From Escherichia coli (lineage in GTDB: Bacteria > Pseudomonadota > Gammaproteobacteria > Enterobacterales > Enterobacteriaceae): a stretch of DNA of 46,125 nucleotides. The notes under the pieces were generated by a model, which was given only the letters and a program-made list of their open reading frames with translations, had not been told where the DNA came from and searched no databases. Shown here piece after piece: positions 36,416 through 46,125 of the stretch (the stretch's first letter is position 1; each line of letters begins with the position of its first letter). The translations under genes were made by a program, and so were the position numbers. Where the stretch lies: assembly GCF_965641715.1 (NCBI RefSeq), contig NZ_OZ282456.1. One strand, 5' to 3'.

Positions 36416-36626
36416 TTATAGAACGGTTCAAGGGGACTCATGGGATAGTATCGCGTTAAAGTTGTATGGTAATGAGTACCTGTCTTATCTTCTTATTGAT
36501 GCTAATACTGAGCACCGCTTTACGGTGCTTTTTTCTGCGGGAATTATTCTTAAAGTTCCTGATGCTCCGGTTATGCCAATATCAGTAAACAATTTGCCTC
36601 CGTGGAGACGCAATAGTGTTACGTAA
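36408..36626 (+). CDS. Small tail protein (LysM-like)
   Basis: 72 aa after tape measure; YRTVQGDSWDSIALKLYG resembles a LysM motif. Confidence 0.4.
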   Translation: MDDYRTVQGDSWDSIALKLYGNEYLSYLLIDANTEHRFTVLFSAGIILKVPDAPVMPISVNNLPPWRRNSVT

Positions 36627-37617
36627 AACGCTTTTTGATGTTATATATCAGAATGTAAATATTACCGCTCATATGTCACCTGATGTTTTGTCAATGTCTT
36701 ATACAGATAATGAAGATGGTCAGGTCGATGATATTTCTATTATATTAAAAAATGATGATGGGAAATGGTCTGGAGACTGGACACCTAAAAAGGGTGATTT
36801 TATTGATTTGAGCTTTAAGCCTATAAATCAAATCGTCCTTGAGTGCGGGAAATTCCAGGTAGATGGCATAACTTGCTCTGGACCACCTTCTGTTGTTGAG
36901 GTAACTGCTGTTTCTGTTCCTGTTTCATCAGGCATTAGACGTGATTTAAAAAGTAATGCATGGGAAAAAACAACTCTTAAAGATATAGCAACTTCTATAG
37001 CTAAATTAGCTAACCTTGAACTGTTTTTTCTTATTGATGGTGATAGTAATCCATATTATGCGCGTGAAGATCAAATGGAGGAAAGCGATTTAAAATTTCT
37101 CCATCGACTTTGCCAGGATGAAGGGTTGTCGTTAAAGGTCACTGATAGCCAATTAATAATATTTGCTCAAGAGATGTTTGAGCAAAAAGATCCTATCGCT
37201 ACGCTTACGTTAGGTATTGATGAGATAATCAGATATAGCTTTAGCACACAATCTACAGATTTGTATAAAAGTTGCACGTGCAAATATCGCGTACCTAAAA
37301 AAAGAAAGTCGCTTTCGTATACTTGGGTAGATCCATCCGTAGAAGAAGGGTCGAATCTTAAGATAAGAAAACTGGTAGCTAATTTAGATGAAGCAAAACG
37401 TAAGGCAAAGGCTGCTTTGCGGATTAAAAATAGATATCAAAATACAGGATCTTTAGTATTGGTTGGAGACACCAGATTGGTTGCTGGTGTAACTATAAAT
37501 CTTGACGGATTCGGTTCATTTTCTGGAAAATATCTTATATCGAAAGCTGTGCATTCAATTGGGGCTAGTGGTTATACCACCTCGATTGATGTCCGAAGAG
37601 TAATTAATGGGTATTAA
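36616..37617 (+). CDS. Baseplate hub / late control gene D-like tail protein
   Basis: 333 aa; position after tape measure in Mu/P2-like tail order. Confidence 0.55.
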   Translation: MLRKTLFDVIYQNVNITAHMSPDVLSMSYTDNEDGQVDDISIILKNDDGKWSGDWTPKKGDFIDLSFKPINQIVLECGKFQVDGITCSGPPSVVEVTAVSVPVSSGIRRDLKSNAWEKTTLKDIATSIAKLANLELFFLIDGDSNPYYAREDQMEESDLKFLHRLCQDEGLSLKVTDSQLIIFAQEMFEQKDPIATLTLGIDEIIRYSFSTQSTDLYKSCTCKYRVPKKRKSLSYTWVDPSVEEGSNLKIRKLVANLDEAKRKAKAALRIKNRYQNTGSLVLVGDTRLVAGVTINLDGFGSFSGKYLISKAVHSIGASGYTTSIDVRRVINGY

Positions 37618-37619
37618 TT

Positions 37620-38240
37620 ATGAATGATTTAGAAACATTATTACGTCAGACTATAAGAGTTGGCGTTGTTTCTGATATTGATGATGGTGATGTTACAGCA
37701 AGAGTTACTTTCGATGATCAGGATAACGTCACTTCGGCAAAGTTATCAGTTATTGTGAAAAATACGGATAAGAATGCTGATTACTGGATGCCAGATATTG
37801 GTGAGCAAGTTTTGTGTATCTTTCATCCCGCAGGGCCGCAACAAGGTTTTATTCTTGGTAGTTTTTATGATGAAACACAGAAGCCGCCATCTAATACGGT
37901 TAATAAACGCGTCATTAGATTTAATAACGGAACTCGTATTGAGGTAGACAGAGAATCTAATTTACTCCTTGTTGATGCTGTCGGAGATGTAACCGTTAAG
38001 GCTACAGGAACCGTAACTATTGATGCTCCAGAAACCATCATTACCGGAAATGCTACAGTTGAAGGATTACTAACCTTCAAAGGTGGAATGAAAGGATCTT
38101 CTGCTGGAGGTGTTGCAGCTACAATTTCTGGGGATGTTAAGGTTGTTGGTGGTGATATAGATGTTGATGGGATTAAATCTAAAGGCCACCATCACACAGC
38201 TCAGGGGGAATACGCTCCGACAACGGAGGCTCAGGCATGA
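37620..38240 (+). CDS. Baseplate spike protein (gpV-like)
   Basis: 206 aa; beta-helix-like repeats GDVTVKATGTVTIDAPE...GDVKVVGGDIDVDG. Confidence 0.7.
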   Translation: MNDLETLLRQTIRVGVVSDIDDGDVTARVTFDDQDNVTSAKLSVIVKNTDKNADYWMPDIGEQVLCIFHPAGPQQGFILGSFYDETQKPPSNTVNKRVIRFNNGTRIEVDRESNLLLVDAVGDVTVKATGTVTIDAPETIITGNATVEGLLTFKGGMKGSSAGGVAATISGDVKVVGGDIDVDGIKSKGHHHTAQGEYAPTTEAQA

Positions 38241-38704
38241 TTGTGGGTATGCTTGGTACAATGCCTTTTGTTGCCTCATCAATAGTGGTGAATACGTTCA
38301 ACAATTTTAAAAGGACGTCAAAGCGTCGTGTTGCGCGCCATGATGTTATTGGGCTTAAACCTGTTCTGGAGGATATAGGTCCAGATCTGGATGAAGTTAG
38401 TTTTAATATGCGGTTGGATACAACACTTGGCATTGTTCCATTGGCTGCGCTTTCATTACTTAGGACAATGCAATCAATTCAGGAAGTAAATCCTGTTGTA
38501 ATTGGTATTCAGTATTTTGGTAATTTTATAATTACAGATATAGAGGAATCATGGACTTATTTCGGTCCAACTGGGAATCCACGAGTGATTATCGTCGGCA
38601 TTAAATTACAGGAAGTCGGACAGACCTCTCTGAAAGAAGCATTAGTTGATATTGCTGGCAATATAGAGTCAAAAACTAGAAGTGCGTTAGGTAAATTATT
38701 ATGA
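38237..38704 (+). CDS. Baseplate protein (Mu gp46-like)
   Basis: 155 aa between spike and gp25-like genes. Confidence 0.45.
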   Translation: MIVGMLGTMPFVASSIVVNTFNNFKRTSKRRVARHDVIGLKPVLEDIGPDLDEVSFNMRLDTTLGIVPLAALSLLRTMQSIQEVNPVVIGIQYFGNFIITDIEESWTYFGPTGNPRVIIVGIKLQEVGQTSLKEALVDIAGNIESKTRSALGKLL

Positions 38705-39021
38705 ATAATACGTTTACCATATCATCACCTTCTTACTCGATTGATTGGTCGCCCAAAACAGTTGTAGAAGAAGTTTTGCAAAATGTCTCTACTATTATTA
38801 ATACTCAGATTGGCACTGTACCATATGCCAGAAAATTAGGAGTTAATTCAAGTCTTGTTGATAGCCCCAGCCCAATTTTTATTGCTACAGCAACACGAGA
38901 AATAATTCAAAAAATTAGTGAGTTTGAGCCTAGAGCGATTATCCATTCTGTTACTTTTGAAAGAACGGACGTTTCTGATGGTTTTATTAGGCCAAAACTT
39001 GTGATAGGAGTTAGAGAATGA
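38701..39021 (+). CDS. Baseplate wedge protein (gpW/gp25-like)
   Basis: 106 aa; size and position typical of gp25-like proteins. Confidence 0.65.
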   Translation: MNNTFTISSPSYSIDWSPKTVVEEVLQNVSTIINTQIGTVPYARKLGVNSSLVDSPSPIFIATATREIIQKISEFEPRAIIHSVTFERTDVSDGFIRPKLVIGVRE

Positions 39022-40142
39022 CGTTGCCGCGCGGTGGTTTGCCAGATATTACTTTCGCAGATTCTAACCCGACTGATATAACAACTCGTTCAATCAGGGC
39101 TTTTGAGAGTATAACAGGTGAAACATTAGCACCTGCTGATCCACGTAGATTATTCATCTTGTCATTGTGTGAGATTATTATACAGCAAAGAAAAGCTATC
39201 GATTTTTCTGCAAAACAAAACCTTCTTACATATGGTGGGGGTGAATATCTCGATCATATAGGCTATCTGACGGATACGCCTAGGCTGGAAGCTCAATCTG
39301 CCTTGACTACATTTGAGTTTAATCTGTCAACAAAATTATCTGGGATATATACAATACCTGCTGGCACTCAAATTTCAACTGGAAATAGTGTTATTTTCCA
39401 AACAGATGTTTTGTTGGAAATACCAGCTGGGAAAACAGTTGGTACAGTCTCAGGATATGCTGTTATACCTGGTTTATCGGGGAATGGCTTTTTACCAGGG
39501 CAAATAAATGAGTTGGTGACTCCGTTGCCGTATGTTTCCAGCGTAAGGAATCTAACAACATCTAATTCTGGTGCTGATACAGAGTCAGATGATAATTATG
39601 CTGAAAGAATAAAACTTTCGCCGGAAAAACTATCTACAGCAGGGCCGGAGGATTCTTATAAATATTGGACAAGAACAGCCAATCAGAATATAAAAGATGT
39701 GAATGTATATACACCATCGCCCGGAACTGTAGAAATCCGTTCTTTGTTAGAGAACGGAGATATACCTTCTGATGAATTATTAGAGCAGATAAATAGCGTT
39801 CTCTCTGCAACTAATATTCGACCATTCACAGATAAAGTTCTTGTTAAGAAACCAGAGAGCATTGAATACGATATAATAATTAAATACTGGATTAACTCAT
39901 CGGACAAAAACAGAACAACTTTAATTCAAGGTGAGGTTGAGAAAGCTATTGATGAGTATAAACAATGGCAACGTTCTGTTATGGGAAGAGATATAAATCC
40001 AGATGAAATTATTCAACGTTTAAAAAATGCTGGGGCTAAAAGATTAGAAATATCAAGTCCTGTATTTACTGTGGTTGGAGAGACGCAGGTCGCCAGAGAG
40101 AGAAATATAAATTGCCAGTATGCGGGGTTAGAGGATGGCTGA
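39018..40142 (+). CDS. Baseplate protein J-like
   Basis: 374 aa following the gp25-like gene. Confidence 0.7.
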   Translation: MTLPRGGLPDITFADSNPTDITTRSIRAFESITGETLAPADPRRLFILSLCEIIIQQRKAIDFSAKQNLLTYGGGEYLDHIGYLTDTPRLEAQSALTTFEFNLSTKLSGIYTIPAGTQISTGNSVIFQTDVLLEIPAGKTVGTVSGYAVIPGLSGNGFLPGQINELVTPLPYVSSVRNLTTSNSGADTESDDNYAERIKLSPEKLSTAGPEDSYKYWTRTANQNIKDVNVYTPSPGTVEIRSLLENGDIPSDELLEQINSVLSATNIRPFTDKVLVKKPESIEYDIIIKYWINSSDKNRTTLIQGEVEKAIDEYKQWQRSVMGRDINPDEIIQRLKNAGAKRLEISSPVFTVVGETQVARERNINCQYAGLEDG

Positions 40143-40716
40143 TATCTTTAATGTTGGCTTGTTGGATGTTTTACCTCCTAACTTAGCTAGAGATCCCAAC
40201 GTGATAGCTATGTCGAAAGCTATCGATGATGAACTACAAGCAATTAACAATTTAATATATAAGACAGAAATATATAGCGTTGTTGATAACCTGGATTCAG
40301 TTGTTCTCGATCATTTAGCCTGGCAATGGAATGCTGATACATGGAGGGATAGTTGGCCTGTATCGTTAAAGCGTTCTGTTTTTAAATCAATAATACGAAC
40401 AAAGCGAATAAAGGGTACAAGGGCAGCGGTTGAAGATGTAGTAAATAGCTTGGGTGGAGAGGTAAACATAACAGAATGGTTTGAAACATCACCACCTGGC
40501 GAACCATATACAGCCTCAATTGTTGCTTCGATTAACTCTTTTGATGGTGCCGTTCCTTCGAAAGAGATGTTGGAAGATACGTTAAGAAGTATCAAGAGCG
40601 CAAAGTCGGCAAGAACATTATTTACATTTTCGCAAGCAGCCAATGTTTCTGGTGGTGTCGGTATTGTTGGTGCTTGTCAGCCTGTGTCTTATGTACGATT
40701 AATTGGCGAGTGCTAA
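40135..40716 (+). CDS. Tail protein I-like
   Basis: 193 aa following J, preceding the tail fibre. Confidence 0.55.
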   Translation: MADIFNVGLLDVLPPNLARDPNVIAMSKAIDDELQAINNLIYKTEIYSVVDNLDSVVLDHLAWQWNADTWRDSWPVSLKRSVFKSIIRTKRIKGTRAAVEDVVNSLGGEVNITEWFETSPPGEPYTASIVASINSFDGAVPSKEMLEDTLRSIKSAKSARTLFTFSQAANVSGGVGIVGACQPVSYVRLIGEC

Positions 40717-40746
40717 TTCGCAATTTGTTAATTCAAGGAATTAAGC

Positions 40747-43065
40747 GTGAGTAAATTATTCTTTACGATGACTGACGCCGGGCGTCAGGAGCTGGTTAAT
40801 GCCAACAAAACAGGAACAAATAAAGTTGAGATTGTTTCTGTTGGTTTAGGTAGTAGATATTATGTCACGTCAACTTCACAAACAAATATAACAAACGAAA
40901 TAAAACGACTTACCACAATAGGTGGCAAAGTTGTTTCCCCTGATACAATTCATGTAACAGCGAAGGATGATAGTAAAGATGAGTATGTTGTCCATACAAT
41001 AGGATTGTATACGAATAAGGGTACGTTGTTTGCTGTATACTCACAAGAACAAGCAATAATAAATAAAGCATCATCTACTATCGCTTTAATATCAAGTGAT
41101 ATAGCAATTAAAACTCTTGATACTAAAAATATTACATTTGGTGATATTGAGTTTATTAATCCTCCCGCGACCGAAACTGTTGTTGGGGTGGCAAGGTTTG
41201 CTAATGAACAAGAAATTGATGCAGGTACAGATGATTCCCTTGCTGTTTCAGCAAAGCGGCTTAAGCAAGCCATTGTGAAACATGAGCAATCACGTAATCA
41301 TCCCGATGCAACTTTAACCTCAAAAGGCTTTGTTCAACTTAGCAGCGCCACCAATAGCTCGTCTGAAACGCTTGCTGCGACGCCTAAGGCTGTTAAGGCA
41401 GCATATGACCTGGCTAATGGCAAATACACCGCACAGGACGCTACCACGGCGCGAAAAGGGATTGTTCAGCTCAGTAGCGCCACTAACAGTGATTCGGAAA
41501 CGCTGGCCGCAACACCAAAGGCTGTTAAGGCAGCGTATGATCTTGCGGCCGGAAAGGCTCCGTCCAATCACACGCATTCGTGGGAGCAGATAACAAATGT
41601 GCCTGTAGCTTCACTGACAGTAAGGGGAATCACTCAGCTCAGTAGTGCAACCAACAGCACGTCTGAAACACTGGCCGCGACATCGAAAGCGGTAAAGGTG
41701 GTAATGGATGAAACGAACAAGAAAGCGCCCTTAAACAGTCCTGCGCTGACCGGAACGCCAACAACACCAACTGCGCCAAAAGGTACTAACAATACTCAGA
41801 TCGCAAGCACGGCTTATGTTATGGCTGCGATCGCTGCCCTCGTGGACTCGTCGCCTGACGCACTGAATACGCTGAACGAGCTGGCTGCGGCGTTGGGCAA
41901 CGACCCGAATTTTGCGACCACCATGACTAACGCGCTTGCGGGTAAGCAACCGAAAGATGCCACCCTGACGGCGCTGGCCGGGCTTGCTACTGCGGCAGAC
42001 AAGTTTCCGTATTTTACGGGGAATGATGTCGCCAGCCTGGCAACCCTGACAAAAGTCGGGCGGGATATTCTTGCGAAATCGACCGTTGCTGCCGTTATCG
42101 AATACCTCGGTTTGCAGGAAACGGTAAATCAGGCTTCTGGCGCATTACAGAAAAACCAGAACGGTGCAGATATTCCGAATAAAGATAAATTCATACAAAA
42201 CACAGGGGCCTGTCGTGCATTTAGCGGTCAGACTGATATCGATGGTTCACAAGGTGCATGGTCGACAGTTGCATTTATCTCGTGGCTGGAGAATAACGGA
42301 GCTTTCCGACATCCATACTGGATGTGTAAAGGGTCATGGTCCTATGCCAGAAACAGGGTTATTACGGATACCGGTTGTGGAAATATCTGCCTTGCCGGAG
42401 CCGTGATTGAGGTTATGGGAACCCGCGGCGCAATGACCATACGCGTTACCACGCCGAGCACGTCCAGCGGTGGCGGAATTACTAACGCTCAATTCACTTA
42501 TATTGATCATGGTGATGCTTATGCCCCCGGCTGGCGACGAGACTACAACACGAAAAACCAGCAGCCTGCATTTGCTTTAGGGCAAACAGGAAGCAGGGTT
42601 GCAAATGATAAAGCTGTTGGCTGGAACTGGAATAGCGGTGTTTATGATGCAGATATCAGCGGTGCATCGACATTAATCCTCCACTTCAATATGAATACGG
42701 GGAGCTGCCCTGCTGTACAGTTCCGCGTGAATTACAGGAACGGCGGTATTTTTTATCGTTCAGCGCGTGATGGTTATGGATTTGAGGCTAACTGGTCAGA
42801 GTTTTACACCACGACCCGCAAACCCTCTGCGGGAGATGTTGGTGCATACACGCAGGCAGAATGTAACTCAAGGTTTATTACAGGTATTCGCCTTGGCGGT
42901 CTGTCATCTGTTCAGACATGGAATGGTCCCGGCTGGTCTGACAGGTCAGGTTATGTCGTTACGGGTTCAGTTAACGGAAACCGTGATGAATTAATTGATA
43001 CAACTCAGGCAAGGCCAATTCAGTATTGCATTAATGGGACGTGGTATAACGCGGGGAGTATTTAA
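40747..43065 (+). CDS. Tail fibre protein (constant N-terminal part plus currently expressed variable C-terminal part)
   Basis: 772 aa; three copies of the fibre repeat [19 protein letters not shown]; crossover site inside the coding sequence at 42104-42128. Confidence 0.8.
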   Translation: MSKLFFTMTDAGRQELVNANKTGTNKVEIVSVGLGSRYYVTSTSQTNITNEIKRLTTIGGKVVSPDTIHVTAKDDSKDEYVVHTIGLYTNKGTLFAVYSQEQAIINKASSTIALISSDIAIKTLDTKNITFGDIEFINPPATETVVGVARFANEQEIDAGTDDSLAVSAKRLKQAIVKHEQSRNHPDATLTSKGFVQLSSATNSSSETLAATPKAVKAAYDLANGKYTAQDATTARKGIVQLSSATNSDSETLAATPKAVKAAYDLAAGKAPSNHTHSWEQITNVPVASLTVRGITQLSSATNSTSETLAATSKAVKVVMDETNKKAPLNSPALTGTPTTPTAPKGTNNTQIASTAYVMAAIAALVDSSPDALNTLNELAAALGNDPNFATTMTNALAGKQPKDATLTALAGLATAADKFPYFTGNDVASLATLTKVGRDILAKSTVAAVIEYLGLQETVNQASGALQKNQNGADIPNKDKFIQNTGACRAFSGQTDIDGSQGAWSTVAFISWLENNGAFRHPYWMCKGSWSYARNRVITDTGCGNICLAGAVIEVMGTRGAMTIRVTTPSTSSGGGITNAQFTYIDHGDAYAPGWRRDYNTKNQQPAFALGQTGSRVANDKAVGWNWNSGVYDADISGASTLILHFNMNTGSCPAVQFRVNYRNGGIFYRSARDGYGFEANWSEFYTTTRKPSAGDVGAYTQAECNSRFITGIRLGGLSSVQTWNGPGWSDRSGYVVTGSVNGNRDELIDTTQARPIQYCINGTWYNAGSI
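42104..42128. other. Left inversion crossover site (gix/cix-like) inside the tail-fibre gene
   Basis: ACCTCGGTTTGCAGGAAACGGTAAA; matches the reverse complement of 45158-45182 at 24 of 25 positions. Confidence 0.7.
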
Positions 43066-43067
43066 TT

Positions 43068-43601
43068 ATGATGCACTTAAAAAATATTACTGCTGGCAAC
43101 CCTAAAACAAAAGAGCAATACCAGCTAACGAAACAATTTAACATCAAATGGCTTTATACAGAGGATGGGAAAAACTGGTATGAGGAACAAAAGAACTTTC
43201 AGCCTGATACGTTGAAAATGGTCTATGACCACAACAACGTTATTATTTGTATTGAAAAGGATGTTTCAGCAATTAATCCAGAAGGCGCAAGCGTCGTTGA
43301 GGTTCCTGATATTACAGCAAATCGCCGGGCTGATATTTCTGGTAAATGGATGTTCAAAGATGGCGTAGTGGTAAAGCGAACTTATACCGAGGAAGAGCAG
43401 AGGCAGCAGGCGGAAAATGAAAAGCAAAGCCTGCTACAGCTCGTTAGGGATAAAACCCAGCTATGGGACTCACAGCTACGGCTGGGCATCATTTCCGACG
43501 AGAATAAACAAAAATTAACCGAGTGGATGCTCTATGCGCAGAAAGTCGAATCTACAGACACCTCCAGCCTGCCAGTAACATTTCCCGAACAACCTGAATG
43601 A
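43068..43601 (+). CDS. Tail fibre assembly protein (current orientation)
   Basis: 177 aa; paralogous to the minus-strand 43630-44160 product (shared [13 protein letters not shown] and [12 protein letters not shown] segments). Confidence 0.7.
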   Translation: MMHLKNITAGNPKTKEQYQLTKQFNIKWLYTEDGKNWYEEQKNFQPDTLKMVYDHNNVIICIEKDVSAINPEGASVVEVPDITANRRADISGKWMFKDGVVVKRTYTEEEQRQQAENEKQSLLQLVRDKTQLWDSQLRLGIISDENKQKLTEWMLYAQKVESTDTSSLPVTFPEQPE

Positions 43602-43629
43602 GACAAGGCCCGATCGCGGGCCTTAATTT

Positions 43630-44160
43630 TTATTCAGGCTTTTGTGGCCATTCAGGATTTGCCGTATCCACACGGCTGACCAGAACACTGTAGCGTTCCC
43701 ATGCTTCCAGTCGTGTGCGTTCCTCGTCTGTTGCCATATTCAGCCTGACAGCGCGTTCCAGCGGCTGGATGACTGATTCAGCTTCGGAAAGCAATGCGGC
43801 CTTTTGTGATTCGCCTTGTTGTTGCTGTTCGTCTGCCGTATAAATCCGTTTAACTACAGCTCCATCCTTAAACATCCACTTTCCTGAATCATCAGCGCGG
43901 CGGTTGGCTGTAATATCAGGAACCTCAACGACGCTAAAACCTTCAGGGTTAAGCGTGGAGGCATCTTTAGTGATGGCGACAATAATATTATTTGCATCGT
44001 AAACAATCTTTATTGTGTCTGGCTGAAAGTTTTTCACTTCCTCATACCAGTTTTTATCGTCTTCGGACCATAACCAGATAACATCAAAATTCTTTGTTAG
44101 CTGATATTGTTCTTTCGTTTTAGGATTTCCAGACTTAATATTTTTTAAATGCTGCATCAT
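43630..44160 (-). CDS. Tail fibre assembly protein (alternative orientation)
   Basis: 176 aa; paralogue of 43068-43601 on the opposite strand. Confidence 0.7.
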   Translation of the reverse strand: MMQHLKNIKSGNPKTKEQYQLTKNFDVIWLWSEDDKNWYEEVKNFQPDTIKIVYDANNIIVAITKDASTLNPEGFSVVEVPDITANRRADDSGKWMFKDGAVVKRIYTADEQQQQGESQKAALLSEAESVIQPLERAVRLNMATDEERTRLEAWERYSVLVSRVDTANPEWPQKPE

Positions 44161-45156
44161 TTACACCTGTGCGACGTTATACCATGTGCCATTGATGTAT
44201 TTTTGTATTGGCCTGAAGATGGCTTCATCATCGCCATCTACTTCACCAATGATTCTTAATCCGGTAATTGCGTGTCCGGCTTTTTCATAACGACCACCAC
44301 GCGCCATCAATTGAACAACTCGCGTACCCAGGCGAACATCTCTCACATATCTGGAATCAAAATTGCCATAGTTGCCAGGAATAACTTGCGAGCCACAAAG
44401 CCAGTTACCGTTATTGTCCATGTACGCCTGACCATCGGTGCCATTGGCTGTCCTTGAGTTATTAATCATGTAAAAACCAAACTGGTAGTTACCAAGTCCA
44501 CCGACAAAAAATTTGCGTTCTGCATGGTCTTGTCTTAACAAAGCCTGCGCAGAACTTGTTGATACTGCGTTTCTACCAAAAATGACATTCTGGTTTCGCA
44601 TATCAATCCATGAGGTTGAGCCACTATTAATAGCAAACCTGTTTGCATACACCCAGGCGTTAGTTGTTATATCTCCTGTAACATCCAGACCATGCCCCAT
44701 AGTTATGCGGCCAGTTCTGAGATTAAGCGTAAAGGGACGTAGTGGCCCTATATTACCATTTTCCCCCTCATTCTCTCGTGTAGGGATGATATGCAGGCAT
44801 TCTTCAGAACGGCGAAAAATGGCACCAAAAGATGAATTAAATATCCTCAGTGCATTGACTGTCGATATTTTTACTTCACTGCTGAAAAGAGCTTTAACAA
44901 GAACATACAAAGCATCCCATTTAAGATTCATCAGGTCTTTTGTTGTGGTGCTTTGTTTGCTTCTCCATTTGAAATATTCATTGCCGTTGTCGCCTGTCTC
45001 AAACCACATGTATGAATCAGTGTCACCATCGGCATCATTTTTAAATCCAATCTTCGCCCAGTCAGTATTTCGAATCCAGGCAAGGATTGAGTCATTTTCA
45101 AAAGTAAGCCCACCGGACAAAGTATCGCCATTTTTTTGCACGGCGTTACCAGCCCT
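44161..45156 (-). CDS. Alternative tail-fibre C-terminal segment (silent; no own start, would fuse to the constant part after inversion)
   Basis: Open minus-strand frame continues to the crossover site and encodes LGLQETVN there, identical to the plus-strand fibre at the left site. Confidence 0.65.
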   Translation of the reverse strand, partial: RAGNAVQKNGDTLSGGLTFENDSILAWIRNTDWAKIGFKNDADGDTDSYMWFETGDNGNEYFKWRSKQSTTTKDLMNLKWDALYVLVKALFSSEVKISTVNALRIFNSSFGAIFRRSEECLHIIPTRENEGENGNIGPLRPFTLNLRTGRITMGHGLDVTGDITTNAWVYANRFAINSGSTSWIDMRNQNVIFGRNAVSTSSAQALLRQDHAERKFFVGGLGNYQFGFYMINNSRTANGTDGQAYMDNNGNWLCGSQVIPGNYGNFDSRYVRDVRLGTRVVQLMARGGRYEKAGHAITGLRIIGEVDGDDEAIFRPIQKYINGTWYNVAQV

Positions 45157-45157
45157 G

Positions 45158-45182
45158 TTTACCGTTTCCTGTAAACCGAGGT
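45158..45182. other. Right inversion crossover site (gix/cix-like)
   Basis: TTTACCGTTTCCTGTAAACCGAGGT; contains TTCCTGTAAACCGAGGTTTT, resembling the Gin/Cin crossover sequence as recalled. Confidence 0.7.
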
Positions 45183-45255
45183 TTTTGCGAATTGCCTCTG
45201 TGTCGTCTGAACGATATTTTTTCCCGCTTTTAGCAACAATCGCGGTTTAGAAAGT

Positions 45256-45810
45256 ATGCAATATGGTTATGCGAGGGTGTCAACTTTTGACCAGAATTTG
45301 GAATTACAACTGGAGGCGCTCAGGAGTTTAGGATGTGACCGGATTTTTGAAGATAAAATATCCGGTGCTAAATCAAAACGACCAGGACTTGATAAGCTAC
45401 TTAAGGTGTTACAGCCGGGCGATACGGTTATTGTCTGGAAGCTGGACCGAATGGGGCGTTCTCTGATTCATCTTGTTGATTTACTTAACCATTTTTTATC
45501 AAACAACATTGAGTTTATTTCGATTACGGAAGGGATAAAAATTAGCACTTCAATTGGCCGCTTTGCCTACACGATGCTGAGTGCAGTCGCAGAGATGGAG
45601 CGGGAAAATATGATTGAAAGAACGCGTGCAGGATTGGCGGTGGCAAGGGCTAACGGCAGGATAGGAGGACGCCGCTCAAAATTGGCACCAGAGCAATGGG
45701 AACAGATCGGAAGGCTTATTGCGAATGGTGTTTCACGTAAGCGGATAGCGATTATCTTCGATGTTACCTTATCCACGCTTTACCGCAGGTTTCCGGCTGG
45801 GAATCATTGA
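45256..45810 (+). CDS. Serine recombinase, DNA invertase (Gin/Cin/Hin family)
   Basis: 184 aa; N-terminal YARVSTFDQNLELQ with catalytic Ser context, C-terminal HTH; adjacent to the invertible segment. Confidence 0.85.
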   Translation: MQYGYARVSTFDQNLELQLEALRSLGCDRIFEDKISGAKSKRPGLDKLLKVLQPGDTVIVWKLDRMGRSLIHLVDLLNHFLSNNIEFISITEGIKISTSIGRFAYTMLSAVAEMERENMIERTRAGLAVARANGRIGGRRSKLAPEQWEQIGRLIANGVSRKRIAIIFDVTLSTLYRRFPAGNH

Positions 45811-45941
45811 CTGGAGTTAGGCCAGTAGTATGATGCTCGCAAAACGAGATCCAATTTAGATCCTTTTACTGGTGGATTATCGTTCGATCAGTGAGAGACT
45901 TCGTGCATGACCGAAAGTGTTGTGGTAGAGTTCTCTTAAAA

Positions 45942-45956
45942 CCACGTAACGTGGTT
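45942..45956. promoter_or_regulatory. Operator-like inverted repeat ACCAC-GTAAC-GTGGT
   Basis: Same architecture as the immunity-region operators; between the invertase and the window end. Confidence 0.35.
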
Positions 45957-45994
45957 ATGATTGTGGGTGTCTGGTTGGAAAGTGACCAGATATG

Positions 45995-46028
45995 GAAACA
46001 AAAAGCCCGCAGATAAATCTGCGGGCTT
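45995..46028 (-). terminator. Rho-independent terminator (minus strand)
   Basis: Perfect 10-bp stem AAGCCCGCAG/CTGCGGGCTT, loop ATAAAT, with T-run on the minus strand. Confidence 0.55.
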
Positions 46029-46081
46029 CTTGCGACATCCACGGAAACAAAAACCAACAACAATCCATGGGCGCCTCGACA
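46029..46081 (-). ncRNA. Candidate short antisense RNA (CopA-like) ending at the 45995-46028 terminator
   Basis: Minus-strand -10 TATAAT at 46088-46093 with a weak -35 about 17 bp upstream; predicted transcript about 85 nt; only meaningful if the molecule is circular and this lies in the repA leader. Confidence 0.25.
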
Positions 46082-46125
46082 ACTCCCATTATACGTTGGT
46101 TTTCCGTGGACGCAAGAGCGAACAT

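Larger units (their letters stand above)
42116..45170. mobile_element. Invertible tail-fibre segment (Mu G / P1 C-segment-like)
   Basis: Bounded by inverted crossover sites; contains variable fibre part plus tfa on plus strand and tfa' plus promoterless alternative fibre part on minus strand; invertase gene adjacent. Confidence 0.7.

Noticed and set aside
45256-45810. Serine recombinase considered as an integrase
   Set aside because: It is only 184 aa, lacks the large C-terminal domain of serine integrases, and sits beside inverted crossover sites flanking alternative tail-fibre genes, so it is an invertase; no tyrosine or serine integrase or attachment site was found in the window.

Overview
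The window reads as a near-complete temperate phage-plasmid of about 46 kb, apparently linearised at the start of its replication gene. All calls are made by eye from the sequence and ORF track; no database search or folding was run. From left to right: an IncFII-like RepA initiator with a DnaA box and AT-rich tract (1-1110); a Gp49/HigB-like toxin with HTH antitoxin (2312-2958); an antirepressor operon on the minus strand with a structured leader (4601-6450); a ParA/ParG-type partition cassette (7262-8345); a CI-like repressor with S24 peptidase domain facing a Cro-like gene across a tripartite operator (8825-10150); a Q-like antiterminator and DUF1064/DUF3560 genes (10892-13243); a lysis cassette behind a strong terminator (13993-15643); a tRNA with CAT anticodon (15813-15888); an MT-A70 methyltransferase (16196-16783); a cluster of three ParB-N-terminal-domain proteins, one fused to a methyltransferase-like domain lacking the DPPY motif (19037-22917); lambda-like packaging and head genes (22917-29666); a Mu/P2-like contractile tail (31176-40716); and a Mu G-segment-like invertible tail-fibre switch with a Gin/Cin-family invertase (40747-45810). 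The most interesting unexplained signals are: a ~110-bp promoter-leader present in three near-identical copies ahead of three unrelated unknown genes; a dispersed AT-rich motif at eight intergenic sites; an ACCAC-N5-GTGGT operator family with copies far from the immunity region; the ParB-like cluster; and a 700-bp ORF-poor block containing a G5AG7 tract. No CRISPR array, integrase or rRNA was seen.
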